From Halocafeteria seosinensis (Eukaryota), in assembly GCA_001687465.1 (NCBI GenBank), contig LVLI01000006.1:62001-126000 (forward strand): a stretch of 64,000 bases of DNA, read 5' to 3'. The notes below the pieces were generated by a model. It did not search any database, was not told the DNA's origin, and saw nothing but the letters and a program-made list of their open reading frames with translations. Within the stretch, counting starts at the first letter, position 1; every line of letters begins with the position of its first letter. The translations under genes were made by a program, and so were the position numbers. This document shows positions 49,821 through 62,800 of this stretch, piece after piece.

Positions 49821-52800
49821 TTAATACTCGGTAACTGCACAGATTTCATCGTGCAGTACCTTGGTCAACGACATAAGGAAGTTCTCGAAATCCCGACTGC
49901 TATTGACCAACAAGTGATCCTTTCGCCGTTTGACGAAACTCTTACAATTTTCCAAAACGTTAAATCTATAATCGGCAGCAATTTGTTTAATGAACACATC
50001 AAAAATATAGTATACTGAACGCCACTTAAGGATGCCTCCCGAGGCTCGATGATGCACGTAGCACACCGCCGCTATAAAGGAGTTGAATGCGGCGTCATCA
50101 TCCCCTAAGTCAAGTACTGAATTCTTTCTGAAATAAGCTTCCATATCGTCGGAAGAAACGGGATGATCAAAATCCGTGTGAGAGAATTTTTCTAACAAAG
50201 CATCCAAAGTATTTCCGGCATTTCTTCCTGGTCTGATGTTGCTGGTATCCCTGTGTATCTCCGTATCTACATTTCTCTTTGTGCCTTCCAACGTGTTGGC
50301 TTTACCAGAAGACTGCAACGATTCCATTTCTTTGACAATTTCAACTTGAAGCTTGGTTGGAAGGGCAGCAAGACTCTCTAAATCTACTCTCTCTCCTGGC
50401 TGAAGGTACGAGTAAGGAAATCCCGGAGGATGAGATATTCGGGAAGGAGACTTCTGAGTGAAAAGAGCATCGCCAGTATCACTTGTATCTCGAGATGTTT
50501 CATCTGCCGATACCTCATTTCCATCCTTGTCGATGACCCGTTTCTTTAAACGGTATAAGTGTTTCCAGTCATTTAGTGTCGTTTGGCCCCCGGGGGCACT
50601 GCTCTCCTTCGAAGAACGTTTTCTCCTCCCGCTGCCACCACTACTGTCGCTTCCCCGACTATACTTGGAGTTTGGTTTACTAGAAGAAGGTCCCGAGACA
50701 AAAAAATCCTTCGTTCTTTTCGGAGAATTTCGGGCAGAGCTTTCCAGCGAAAAACCACTGCGAATCAACTCTGAGCGAACATTGTCAGGCAGGGAATTCC
50801 ATACTTCCATATCCACCTCCGAAGAGAAGCTGGCATTCCCATAATACGACGACACAGTCTCCATCGGATGAATATCTGCGGCAGAGTCACCATGCTCGCG
50901 GATAAGTCTGCGTTCAGAACCTTGCGAAGTTCTCTTCCGAAAATACTGCTCTACATTTTCTTGTGAGTGTTTCCCTTCTTTCAATTTCAACCTTGACAGC
51001 TGCAATCCTACGCCACGCAGTTCTTTCGGAGGAACCCTTAAGGAACGATAGACAGCTTGTACTTGCCGCTTCAATAAAGAATGGTCGTCATCTCTCAAAT
51101 TGACAGACATCGCCTTGCTATAGTGATCACACCGTCCACATCCCAGGGGTTTGATAGGTTCAGGAGCACCCTTCTGCCGCTGACGGACGCGCAACGTTAC
51201 AGTTCGATAATAGTAATGCGAATCGTTGAATTGCTCAGCATCAGGATCTTCGTTTTCTGCATCTAGTTGGGCAGCTTCCTTAAGGCGGCCTAACGTCTCG
51301 TCACAGAGGCGTTCAAGGAAGGAGGACACTTCTTCTTCTGTCGAAAACCTCACACCCCAGTTTATGTCAGCACCCACACTCTTTCTATTTTCCATCTGTT
51401 GCAACGGTTGATCCATGTCATCTCCTCTGGCGCAACGCCACACAAGCTCTCCTTGCTTCGAACCTAGCAGCTTCTGCAGGGTTTCCCTGGAGCTCTGTAA
51501 AACATCATTCACCGTATGGATAGAATGATCTTCTAGAAGTTGGCTGTTCTTCCATCCAATACCAGGAAGGCATGAAACGTCAAGAGGAGACATGATCTCT
51601 CGTATCGCGGTACTCTCGTTCGGAATCAAATATACACCGTGGGGATGAACAGGTGAAAAGAGAGCATTTTCTCTGGTCCATTCCTCGTTTTGATGAAGAG
51701 ACTTCGATATCGACTTAGCCGCGTCCATCTTTGCTTTCTTGCTCTTCCTAGTTGCCAATCTGGCCAGTAGACGGTTCTTTCCTATTCCAGCGCTACAAGT
51801 GCAATTTGTCGCAACGTATATCGCAGCCCGCAAATGCTGCACAAACGCAACAGGGTCTTCGCATCCAGATATATCCAAGTACACTTCGTCACATGAAGTG
51901 GCCTCAATCTCTCGAATCGTTCCTGTCCATCTTGACCAATTTCGTAAATGTCGCCACAACTGTTTTCGAAACATTTCATCTCCGTCATACTTGTCAACAT
52001 CTTCCATCTCGATTTCGTTTAAAGAGCCCAAAGGAACCTGGCTCTCTTCGGCAGTACCGGAGACCGGCTCCCCTTCCGTACCAGATTGACACTCGCATAA
52101 CTTCTCAAGAAACTCTCCAATTGGACGGCCCCCAAGGCAATAAGATAATATGACTCGATACGCGTTTCCACTGCATCGCTTAATCGAGTCAAAATCATAT
52201 GGAAGAATAGTCAGTTCTTTACAAAGTTCCCGCGCTTGACCAACCAGCATGCCTGCCGAGACCTCATAGAGCCGGGCGAAATAGTTCGCAGCAGATATTT
52301 CAGCCGCACTAAAACTATTGCTGTTTGATGACTGGCCTCTACCGTGGTTTGAGGCATGGGCTACGATGACCGGGCTCGTTTTCAAATGGGGATAGGTGAA
52401 AAGAGATATTTGGGCAAAAAAGCAATCCATATCGAGGTGAACAATTACGCGGTCTGTCGTTCTCTCGGAGGAGGGATTAGAATGATACTTCGACTTCTCT
52501 TTGTTACGCCTTTGTACCTTTTGGACAATCTTCTGGATGTAGTTGCGAAAAGATCCAATAAGATGCAAACGCGATTGCCCAAAATAGCTGTTCATGAAGT
52601 TAGGATTCACAGCCCCTCTATTTTTCATATGGTCCGCGCGACTGTGCCTTTGTCCTACATTTTGCGTCTGGGTATCATCCTTTGCAGCGTACTGCTTGAT
52701 GCTATTGACTCCCTTGCCTTTATTCCTAAACTCCTCTAAGAGGTAATCCGACTCTGGCAATCGCTTCCCGGCCTTTATACTGTCGGTAATCCACTTTGGT

Positions 52801-53297
52801 GTAACTGCAGGCAATGGGTGCTTTTCTGCCAGCATTTGCTCAATCTGTGGTCAGTAGTCGTTAACATCACGTTATCTGTGGGTGTTCACAAACAACCCAC
52901 AAGGACACTCACTTTCGTGTGCGGAAGCCATTTTGCAACAATGTGAGAGCAAGTGCTCTTTGACAAATCGTATTCAATGCGGCCACCGTGTTGCCCCAAG
53001 AGAAGCTTCAATTCATCAAATGGAGGTTCCGTATCCCCTGTACAAGAAGTACACATCATTCATTGCAATGCAACGCACGAGAGGTCCCAGCAACTTACCA
53101 TTGATGTAAGCCGTCACGTCTTGAAAAATTTGAGGGGTGGTGGAATTTTTGCCCCTTTGTATCTCCTCCTCGAACTGATGTCGTAGCTTTCGTCGTTTAT
53201 TTTTCATGTACACGCCAAAGTCCCCTCCATGATGCTCCGATTTCTCCTCTTCAGGGGGGTCATTTCCCCCGGGAGCTTTATCTAACGAAGACTGCAT
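49821..53297 (-). CDS. REV1: Y-family translesion polymerase REV1 (BRCT + deoxycytidyl transferase)
   Basis: GDFGVYMKNKRRKL, IFQDVTAYING, VTPKWITDSI (BRCT); SRLHLI, HLDMDCFF, SCDE, RKSVGADINWGVRF, GCGRCD; UBM-like LPDNVRSE and LPTKLQVE. Confidence 0.95.
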
Positions 53298-53488
53298 TGT
53301 CTTGCAAAAGACACTATGCTCTTGGAATCACATGATATCGTCTCCAGATCGGAAAAATAGGCCACTGAAACTATGTGGTGTGTTCAATCAATCCCGTGAC
53401 GCAACTTCAATCTACTACCACCGGATATACTTCGCGCGAGTTAGCTGTACATGTATGGTATCCACTTCTTGCTCAGCAGGAGGTCACA

Positions 53489-54226
53489 ATGGAGAGCAGT
53501 GAAGAGAGCGTATATTTCACACCCATCAATCTGGGTATCCTTGGGCTGTCATTCGCCATAGGATGCATCCTCGGAGGAGAGCCTATTTTGGGCGATTGGT
53601 CCACCTGGAAGGATTGGATGAAGAGGATAATACAGGGACGAGCGAGTGCATTGGCGTCTATTCAATACAGATACCCCTATCTGCGCCTTGGGAAAGTGAC
53701 GGGAAAACTGAAACTAATCCATGAAAAAATGAGCCGATTGCAGCCCAAAGGGGAGGAAGCACTACGGGACTATAAGATTACTGTGGACAATTTACTGCAA
53801 GAATTACATCTTTGCGAACCTATGGAGATTTTTCAAGGCATTGGGCCGGATGTGGAGGTGGAGGCGTCTTACCTGGTGGAAGAACCACAGAAAATACTGA
53901 ACTTAGTGGAAGAGTTGGAGGAAGCTATAGTGACAGTGTTTACACTGACCCAGGTGAAGATGCACAGGCTTGGAGGTCATGTGGCTCTGTATTTATGGGC
54001 GTCTCAGACTTACCATGATGGGGTACAGATGAACGACTCCGACATCCAGGAATTCCTGGATTGTATTGCCTCCACGCGGCAGGAGGCCATCGACGTCCTG
54101 GTGGAGTTAGGATACAATAGGGAGGCTAGCGAAGAGATGTTTGAGAAGGTGAAGGAATCAGTTCCTGAAGAAAAAGAAGGTTGGATCATCCTCTTGGAGT
54201 TTTTGAATTACCAAAATAACAATTAG
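53489..54226 (+). CDS. Orphan ~245-aa protein, paralog A
   Basis: Intronless ORF colinear with 58127-58867. Confidence 0.7.
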   Translation: MESSEESVYFTPINLGILGLSFAIGCILGGEPILGDWSTWKDWMKRIIQGRASALASIQYRYPYLRLGKVTGKLKLIHEKMSRLQPKGEEALRDYKITVDNLLQELHLCEPMEIFQGIGPDVEVEASYLVEEPQKILNLVEELEEAIVTVFTLTQVKMHRLGGHVALYLWASQTYHDGVQMNDSDIQEFLDCIASTRQEAIDVLVELGYNREASEEMFEKVKESVPEEKEGWIILLEFLNYQNNN

Positions 54227-55070
54227 GATGGCTTCTGGATGGAGCTCATGAAGCTTCCTGCTTAATGGAGCATATAGGTAGTTACACCGCAACAGGCTTC
54301 TATTTGCCGGGGGTGTTCAATTTTAAAGTAACGCCCCGGAGTTTTATTGAACAATACCTGTCGCGTTCTCTGATTCTGGTGATCGTCATCCGTGGGCGGA
54401 TGTTGTTACACTTTGCTACAGTAAACACGATTCCCCCCATTTGTCGTTGCGATACCCTCGCAAGATGCGATGGTCGGTACAAGCCCTACAAAGGCAAGTG
54501 CTCCGCTCCGACCCAAGCCGAAATGTATCATCGGCAACACCACGAAAGCCCGGATATGATGGACGAACTACCCTGAGAAATCGGTTCGTCATTAGGTCGG
54601 ATACTGAATTTCTCCGCCGGCTGAAAATGAGGAGAATGATTGATAGGTTCTGAGTTACCAAACAGAGATATTCTGAGGAGGTCACATTACGTAATGTGCG
54701 TATAAATACGCAACGCATTGTGTACTCCATCTGTACATGGTACAGCTGGGAAAGAACAGAGATAGAAGAGCATTGTTGAGAGAGAAGTGCCTACCCGCAA
54801 GAATATCCAAGAAGACGTATTATGGCTTCCCGCAACCACAATTGTTGCGGAGAGCTTATGACGGGGTTTATTTGCTGACTTCTGACGATCCGTGCCTTGC
54901 AAAATTACAACATTCTTGATGGAGGCAAAAGATGTCCTCGGGGAAGAGGCCAGGTAACCAAGTTCCTGAGGAGGATTGTCTGGAAAGCACCGTCTTTCCT
55001 TTGGAACAATAAGGAGATGGAAGTCCTCCGGAAACTGGTGGTGCGCAATGGCTGACCAATTTCGGGAACT

Positions 55071-58000
55071 GTAAATTTCAATTTTCTTATAACACATTTG
55101 TGAAATTTCAGATATCTTATAACGCAACAAACTTTGTTGCAAGAATCTTATAACAAACCCAGAATCGATGGAAATCTGCACATTGATACAGATCCACTAC
55201 CCGTCGAACGTAACGTTTTCGTGTTCCACTTTGTAACAGAGGAAAGTTTATTTCTTGAACCTACAGTCAGTACATTTCCGGCTTTCATTCTATTATCTTC
55301 TGGCTCACAACCTTTATCTGAAGATGTTGACGAGAGCGCAAGCGCGGGCCTGTGAAGGTTCCCACGGCGGATATTCCGACGCGGATGGGCCGGATCCACA
55401 GCTGTTTTATGGAGATGGTAGTAGGGAAGAAGCAACTACAGGTTCTACAGAAGTCGATGACAATGATGCAAAGCCTCGATGGTAAGGTTTGAAAGAAACA
55501 TATGGTATACATTCCCAGAATTCAGAATGCTCAAGCGGATGCAGGAAGCTACTCCATGAGGAGGCGAAACGGCACGCAGAGAAAACAACAGTCACTGTGN
55601 GCCCCCGCCAGTACAATACTCTTCACCAATTAGGGATTGGGAATATCATCAATGTGGATGATAGCTTTTCCGCTAAACAAGAGCTACTTATGAGAGCAAA
55701 GGAATTGTCCACACTTTTGAATATAGTTCCCCATATTTCAGACAGCTCCCCCATATATTTGAGTGTTACTTGGAATGACCGCTTTATTGTGAAAGGTCAG
55801 TTCTGCCCTTCCAAGGATAGCGAGAAACCTTGGAGGGTGACCACCGTATATCTCTCTCAAAGTCTTCGGGAAGAACGATCAGGAGGAACGCCTGCCAATT
55901 CGGTGAAACAGTTTGCCTACAGCGTAAATGATTTCGCCAATGTCCTTTCCCGTCAAAGGGATAAAATTGAGCGGAATGAGCTCAAGGGCAGGGAAATCAG
56001 GAACATTCTGGCACCATACCTTCCACGTGAAAGCGAAAAGGAAATCAGCCCCAGCATGATATCAAGGATCAAAGAGCAATCGAGAGTAACTATGCATGGG
56101 GAAGACGAGGAGACGGTCAAAATGTTCCCGTTACTGCAGCAATCATTGGAATTCCTTGGGCATCACGTGGATGTTCAATACTGCGGGCATGAGGAAATGA
56201 GCGACATTGTCAGGAAAAAGAAGAAAGCGGACTACAAGCTTTGGCTGAGCACATTACCATCGCAGGAACGGAGACAACAACCTACCTTTGAGAATAGCAA
56301 CATTCAGCTTCCCGAGGTCTCCCCCGACGCACGATATGTCAAATCGGCTTGCTCTTCACCAGGTACAGTAGACTTAGAAAGGCTCACAGATTTTCTGGTT
56401 TGTGATGCTTGTCACTCAAACAAATCCGGTTTAATCTTTAGTGCTTGGACGTATTCTTCCAATAAAAATGCAGTGTGCGTTGCAGCTATGTTCCACATTC
56501 TGAAGGAATGTGAAGAATCATGGTCCGACTTTTACTCTTTCCTTACTCGAAATTTTCCAGGCGTCGACCGTCGCAGTTCAGTCATTGTAGCCGATGGTGA
56601 TAAGGGAGGGGCCAATGCGGCGAAAAAGTGTTTCAATGAAGCTCACTTTCTCTCATGCGGCAAGCATCGCGGAGACAACATCAAAGCACGCATGAACAAA
56701 CAAATTAGTTCTCTCTGGTGGGATGTGCAGAAAGCAAAAAATGAGGCCAGCTTCCAAAATGCCAAGCAAAAACTAAGGGCGAAATGCACTCATTCCCAAT
56801 GGGAGTACATCACTCGTTTACCGGATGAAAACCAGTGTACTGTGCACTGCAAACTTGCGGGAGAATCACCTTTGGTTATAAAACGAGCCAAATCGTAGAG
56901 AGCATGAATGAAGCCATGAAACCGGCTAGAAACTTACACTTCTTTCAGGGATTAATTCACTTCATCATCATGGAGCGCGATCGGTATGTAAAGTATCAAA
57001 ATGAAGCCTCCAACTGGAATGAAAAGGGATACAAGCTGACTCCTGTTGCTCACGAAATTCTTACATCAGAATGAAGGTAGAAGATGAGCACCCACAAGTG
57101 GAGCCGACTAATCAAGACCAAGTCACAGTAGAGACGGCCAACGAAGCTCACACTGTCACACTTAGTTCCAAAACGTGCACTTGTGGAGTCCCTACTGTTG
57201 ATGGTGAGCCCTGTGTTCACGTATACGCTGCTGCCAAGAGGAAAGGTTTCTCTGATACAGACTTCTTTCCTCATGACTACTTTACCGTACAGCGGTGGTT
57301 GCAACAGTTCCCCCTTGACGGAAACTTTGCAGTTGTCACATCCAACGATTTAAAGATGAAGGTAAAACGGGACGGCCTGCTCAACGAGGGAGATCATAAA
57401 CTTTCGCTTCCAGTGACTTCGCCTCCACCTAAAGGAAGACCACGGAAACATAGGCGAATCCTTGGCTCGATGGAACGAAATCGAAATGGCAAGCGACGAA
57501 GATGTTCCAAATGCGGCGGAAGTAATCACAACAAGCGCACCTGCAACGAACTGTGACATCAGTTAACTAATGCACGCATCGCAAACATCGTTGCTCCAAT
57601 GTATGCCCTGGTATCGTGCGTAAGGCGACTGGAAAACCAGTGGCGAATCCCTACAACTTTTCCACCTCCGCATGACATGTTTGGGTTGTCTCGGCGCATT
57701 CTGTTGTATACAGGTAAACCAAAGTATGATATTTAATCTATAAACATAGACAATGTGGCTGGTAACTCGCATAACATACTGAAATAGACCTCTTATGTCG
57801 AATGACACCACACCCGCGCCTTAGTCTTTACCACTCCCAAATGCATCCTACACAGGGCAAATAAGCATATCATTGGTAGTAAGGGTATCACAAAATAATG
57901 TATTTCAATTAAATGTGTGTTGCATATCATCCCATACCATTACTATGACAATACAGCGAAATATGTTCTACATGGGCTTCAAACCCCCCTTCAACTTGCT

Positions 58001-58085
58001 GTTATCGCAGATTTGCAAACAAAAAAGTCGCAGTTATAGCAAAACTGAAATTTCCAAACACCGTTATAACAAAAGTGAAAATTCC
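55071..58085 (+). mobile_element. Mutator-like (MULE) DNA transposon, decayed
   Basis: Degenerate ~85-bp TIRs (55071-55154 versus reverse complement of ~58001-58085) enclosing a transposase; no TSD recognised. Confidence 0.8.
55324..57556 (+). pseudogene. MULE DDE transposase with SWIM finger and CCHC knuckle, disrupted
   Basis: VCDACH, VIVADGDKG, CGKH, TSQIVESMN, CTCG..GEPCVH, KGRPRK, CSKCGGSNHNKRTC; TAA at 55483, frameshifts near 56860 and 57070, N at 55600. Confidence 0.88.
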
Positions 58086-58126
58086 TGTATTGATATTGGG
58101 TCCAAATCTAAGGCGTTGCGTCAATA

Positions 58127-58867
58127 ATGCCGGTCCTAGAGTTTCTATGGGTACTTTTCCAGAATGTGCTTATCCAAATGCCGGTGAGTATTTTGGGAAT
58201 AGCGGCGTTCCATTATGGACAAGTTGTGAGAGACGTCCTCAGTCGACGTTGGGATCGTAAAGTACGGAAGCGATTGGACCCGGAGGAGCATCCACGCTTT
58301 CGATTGCCTCTCATGGGCCTTGGGGCGACTGTACAGAAGCTTATCTGGTGGCAGGAAAGTCAGGAAGAGAACGCGAGACGGATGAGATGGCCTGGAAACT
58401 ACGAGGAACTCGTCAAAGGGCTGTACCAAGATATTCAACTGTGTGAACTAAGTCGGATCAAGCCAGACTCCACTACTCCCAAGCTACACTCCATTGAGGA
58501 GGCGACAGCGAACCACGAAAAGGTGAAGCGGGATATGATGGCTATTCGCGAGTTTGCCATGGATCAGCTTACGCGGGAAGAATATGTTTACTTTATGGTG
58601 GGCAAGGAACTTACTGTCTTCCTCTGTACACGGCATATGCGCCCACAACTGCAGAGAAACCAAAGACGTGCGAGTTCTTCCATTCGGGCAACTGAGAACC
58701 AAAGTAGAAAAAATGTAATTGAAGGACTGAAAGAACTTGGATATGAAGAAAATGTTACGGAAGAGGCACTCTCGAAGATGCGCGGCGAGGACTTGGACTT
58801 TGCGTCATGGGGAATTCTGTTAAGAGCCTTATCTAAGGATGATGCAACAGCGCGAGATGAGCAATGA
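58127..58867 (+). CDS. Orphan 246-aa protein, paralog B
   Basis: Intronless ORF colinear with 53489-54226. Confidence 0.7.
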   Translation: MPVLEFLWVLFQNVLIQMPVSILGIAAFHYGQVVRDVLSRRWDRKVRKRLDPEEHPRFRLPLMGLGATVQKLIWWQESQEENARRMRWPGNYEELVKGLYQDIQLCELSRIKPDSTTPKLHSIEEATANHEKVKRDMMAIREFAMDQLTREEYVYFMVGKELTVFLCTRHMRPQLQRNQRRASSSIRATENQSRKNVIEGLKELGYEENVTEEALSKMRGEDLDFASWGILLRALSKDDATARDEQ

Positions 58868-59891
58868 ATGCACTAGTGTGGCTTCTAGTTGAATGAACTA
58901 GGAATGAATACGGGAGAAGCATATAGCGTCATTATCCGTGGAGTCCACACTGCGTGATACCGTTGGTACCAGCGAAGCTAGTGGCACCGGAATGTCGACG
59001 CAGTGGCGTGTGAGTCCAGGAGTACGTTCGGTCCTCCCTCGCGGATAAGTGGGCTCTCGTATAGTTGACGTGCCTTTTGACTTCTAGATTGAATGCTCGA
59101 GTGTTGACTGGACTACCAGGATAGAAATGGAGTTTCGCTCTCGGATGCAGAGCATAATGTTACCCTCTATGCCCAAGTGTGGATGGGTGAAGAATGTGTA
59201 TGTGGAAACAGGCTACGCTCGCAGTCACTCAATGTCCATGCCTACTCAAGGGAATCGTATGCAAGCAAACCATCCAGGAATTACAGGCTATGGTTCACTG
59301 CAAACTCTTTCTCGTCCTCCTCTGACATACGCATGCGCACCACCTCTGTTACTCAACTGTGCGCCCCATACAACTTGTATGATACAAGTCTCAGGAAGAT
59401 TCATAAACTCTTCCGTTGCCTATACAGCAGGTAGTACAGCTGCCACGGTAGGAATTCATCATTGAATTCATACTATACGTCAGTTTTCATACATGCACTC
59501 AACACAAATGTACCACACACGGTATCACATGCTCTTTCTCTTCTCTTTCTTGCTTTCTCGCTACAGCATGGTGGTTCAAAAACATTGGGTCTTGCCCCAA
59601 GTCTTCCATAATATGCTCTTACAGGCACATTTACCAATTCATTCATCCCTTAGGAATTCTGGTATCGCATCATCTTCGTGCGCTTCCGTCCCTCCGTAGT
59701 AGATCTTGAATTCCTCTGAAGTGAAACAAATGTTTGTGGCTACCAAAACCCATGACAGGCTGTAGCATTGCTGTTGGTACGGGGGTCTTGTTTAAGTTGG
59801 GTAGTATTGTCCCTCATAATGGCACATTGACCATCTACATTGTTCGTTCGGTATTCTTGTATCTCATCTTTGCAAGGGAAAAGCGGTGGAA

Positions 59892-62800
59892 ATGAGCACA
59901 ATGGAGGAATCGGGCAGGAATTCTCGTCAGCGAGGAAGTGAGCATTCAAATGAAGAAGAACATGATAAACGCTTCTGCCGTATTTGCCGTGAGGAGGAAG
60001 AGGATATCTCGGAGAGTGTCGATGAAGCAGAAACAGGATCTCGACGCCCGCGCAGCCTGTCTGCGGGAGGAACGGGAGGAAGCAGTACGGAAACGAGCGA
60101 CCCCGACTTCGAGGCAGTGGAGAGTGGTCTTGTGCGAGACAGGAAGACGGGGATGCTAAAGTTAGCTCATGATAGTTTAAACCCAGAAGAAATATTCAAC
60201 GATCGACTACGAGCTCCCTGTAAATGTGGCGGGAGTGTCAAGCATGTGCATCAGTCCTGCCTGGAGGAATGGCTGGCCATTTCGGGCAGAGAGCAGTGTG
60301 ATCTGTGTCATTCTCAGTTCCACTTCGAACCTGTATTTTTACATAGCGCACCTCGACGACTACCGTTGGCGCAATGGCTGGCAGGGGCCTATTTATATTT
60401 TCGGAAAGTTCGCGGCTTCATCCTGAGATTGATTTTGGTTTTTTTACATTGGGGGTTGGTAAGTACTGCGTTTAATCCATTCAAACGGCATCACCCGATT
60501 GCTATCTTGGTAATCTTGTGTGCAGTGGTATCCTTACGCATGTTCACTAGCTTATCGAACATGGATACATTTTGGCTCTCTTTATCCGTCGAACTTTTAC
60601 GAAAGACTTTATCTTAAGGCGATGGTAATCGATTGGTTATGTGGATTGCTGTTGGGAACAGTTACAATAATTGTCTGCCTGGTAGGCTCAAGTCTTGCTG
60701 ATTTCATTCAGCGAGAGCTATTAGCAAGGGAACATGATGCTCAAAACAACAATGTGGGTAATGATGGACGCAATGCTCGTATGGATGTTCAGAACCGGGC
60801 AGTCCATGAGGAGGAAGGCGGGGAGCAGGCGGCTGAAGACCATGCTCCTCCTCCGGTGGAGCATCCTCTCGACGAAAGGCAGGGAGGCATAGAAGAGCAG
60901 CTTGATGCCCCGTTATTGCCGGAAGATGTGGAAGCGGATCTAGATGCCGGTGATGCTATACGGATAACGGAAGTACTCGGTATTCGTGGCTCTATTGCCA
61001 CTGCACTGCTGTACGCAGGGGCTATCAATTTTCTCACACTTACAGCTATGGGTGCAGTTTTCGGAATTCCCGTATACTTGTGCAGGTCTTTGATTCTCTC
61101 AGTTTCAAAGCAGAGTGTAGTCCCGTTGATATGGTCTATGGAGGCAATCGACTGGGACGACGAACACCATACGGGTGACACTCCCGCGATCGCCTGGGAA
61201 GATTTGTTCCACCTGATCCTTGGTTACATCTCATGCTGGATGACCCTAGTGTGGTTATTCTTTTCTTCCAAGATATTTAGAATCCTGTTCAGCCGCTGGT
61301 TTGTTTTGGAACGCAATATATCGCGCTTCGTAGAAGGTGGGTTGATGGTTGCAAAGATTTCTGGCCTGTTGTGTCTCACGATGGTCGTCGAGCCCACCAT
61401 TGTGGGTCTAAATGTCTTCTTGTGTCGATCATGGTACGCCAGGGAGTCCTTTTTTCGGCTTGTTAGTTTGTCGTTTTTTAATCCCATCCAAGCGGGAGCT
61501 CTTTTTTGGGCAATGGGGATGCTGGTGGTTTTTGTAGTGATAACTGTACTTCTACTTTTGCGGGACAGTTTACGATACGAGATTCTCGCTCGATACATTT
61601 TACCATTTAATCCCCAGGATAGCCTTTGGAAACGACTGCTCACCCGCCCTTGCTGGAAGCAGATAATATCGGTTGTTCGGACAAGCCTTGTATCTGTTTT
61701 TGCAACTGCAGTAGTTCTCCATGGTGTTCCGTTTACGGCGCACACACTATCGCAGTACCACCCGCTTGGTGTAGGACCGGTGCTCTCTCAGTGGTCGGGG
61801 ACAGCTACTTCCAGTTCGGAGCAATACTGGATCGCCAATTCCGTGGAACTGTTCAGAGAGGTTACAGGCTTCTCGGAGCATACGCATGTCAGACTAGATA
61901 TCGGTTCTAGGCATTGCGAACGGAACGATAACAACCTGTTCGTATTACTCAGCAATGCACTGGAATTACCATGGTTAGAGTATTGGTGGCACTCCTGTTT
62001 TGCCCCGCCGCGTCATCGAGATGCGTTGAGGAGGAACAACTCCGCGAGCTTAAAGACGTCGGAAGGAGCCAGTTTGCTAGGAAGTTTGAGTTTAGTCAAT
62101 GAAAAGAGCCTCTTAGAAGTCAATCGAACGAAGATTGCACGTTCTTCGAGTGAGATGGTCGTGTCTCTGTCGTCGTTGTACGATGGGGAAAATACGACAC
62201 CATTACCTCGATTAGTTACAGAATGGCACATTGGCACCGAGTCCCCGACCCCTGTTGTTGGCAGCTATCTTGATACCGCTAACGACGACGATGCCGGGCG
62301 TTTGGGAAGCTCTCTTTCCGGATGCTTTCCGTCGGATACTAGGGTGTCTGGTCCGACTGATGCTATCGCCGTGGTGGAACTATGGCTACGGAACGTTTCC
62401 AACCACGTAGGGGTATTCCATTCGGCGAACGCAAGCACTTTGTCCATGTGCATCCCTGGAATTGTTGCCAATGCAAGTTCATCTGTAACAATGAGTGGGA
62501 AGGTTCTAGCAAGACTCCCGCCCCTTTCTGAGAATCGAGTGATTGAACGTGGTACCGAAGCCTACAATGTCGATGGATCAATCAACAGTTTGGTGCAGGT
62601 TTTCGCTTTTAGTAGCCGCATGTCGGAAATATCCTCCCATGGCACGTTGTTCAGTATTATCGGTATCGCGGTGGTCTACATGGCCGCTGCGATTATGATG
62701 GAGGGGCTCCGCACGGTTGTATGGTGGTCTATGACTCTATGGATTGAGAAGATCAGCAGGTTGGTAGCGCTTGAAAATCACTTACTCATGACACCAGACA

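Noticed and set aside
19543..53297. Functional cluster of DNA/nucleotide genes (DCTPP1, POT1, TatD, IDCase-like, REV1)
   Set aside because: Interspersed with unrelated housekeeping genes on both strands; no evidence of co-regulation
54070..54160. RuvA C-terminal domain call for EAIDVLVELGY
   Set aside because: Motif is shared by many UBA-like bundles, and the rest of RuvA is absent
1194..55055. TGA reassignment suggested by TGA-interrupted frames
   Set aside because: Conserved genes contain no internal TGA once spliced, and several end at TGA (MAPEG, YIPF6, DCTPP1)
58900..59850. Short ORFs between paralog B and the E3 ligase
   Set aside because: No motifs and frequent stops in all frames
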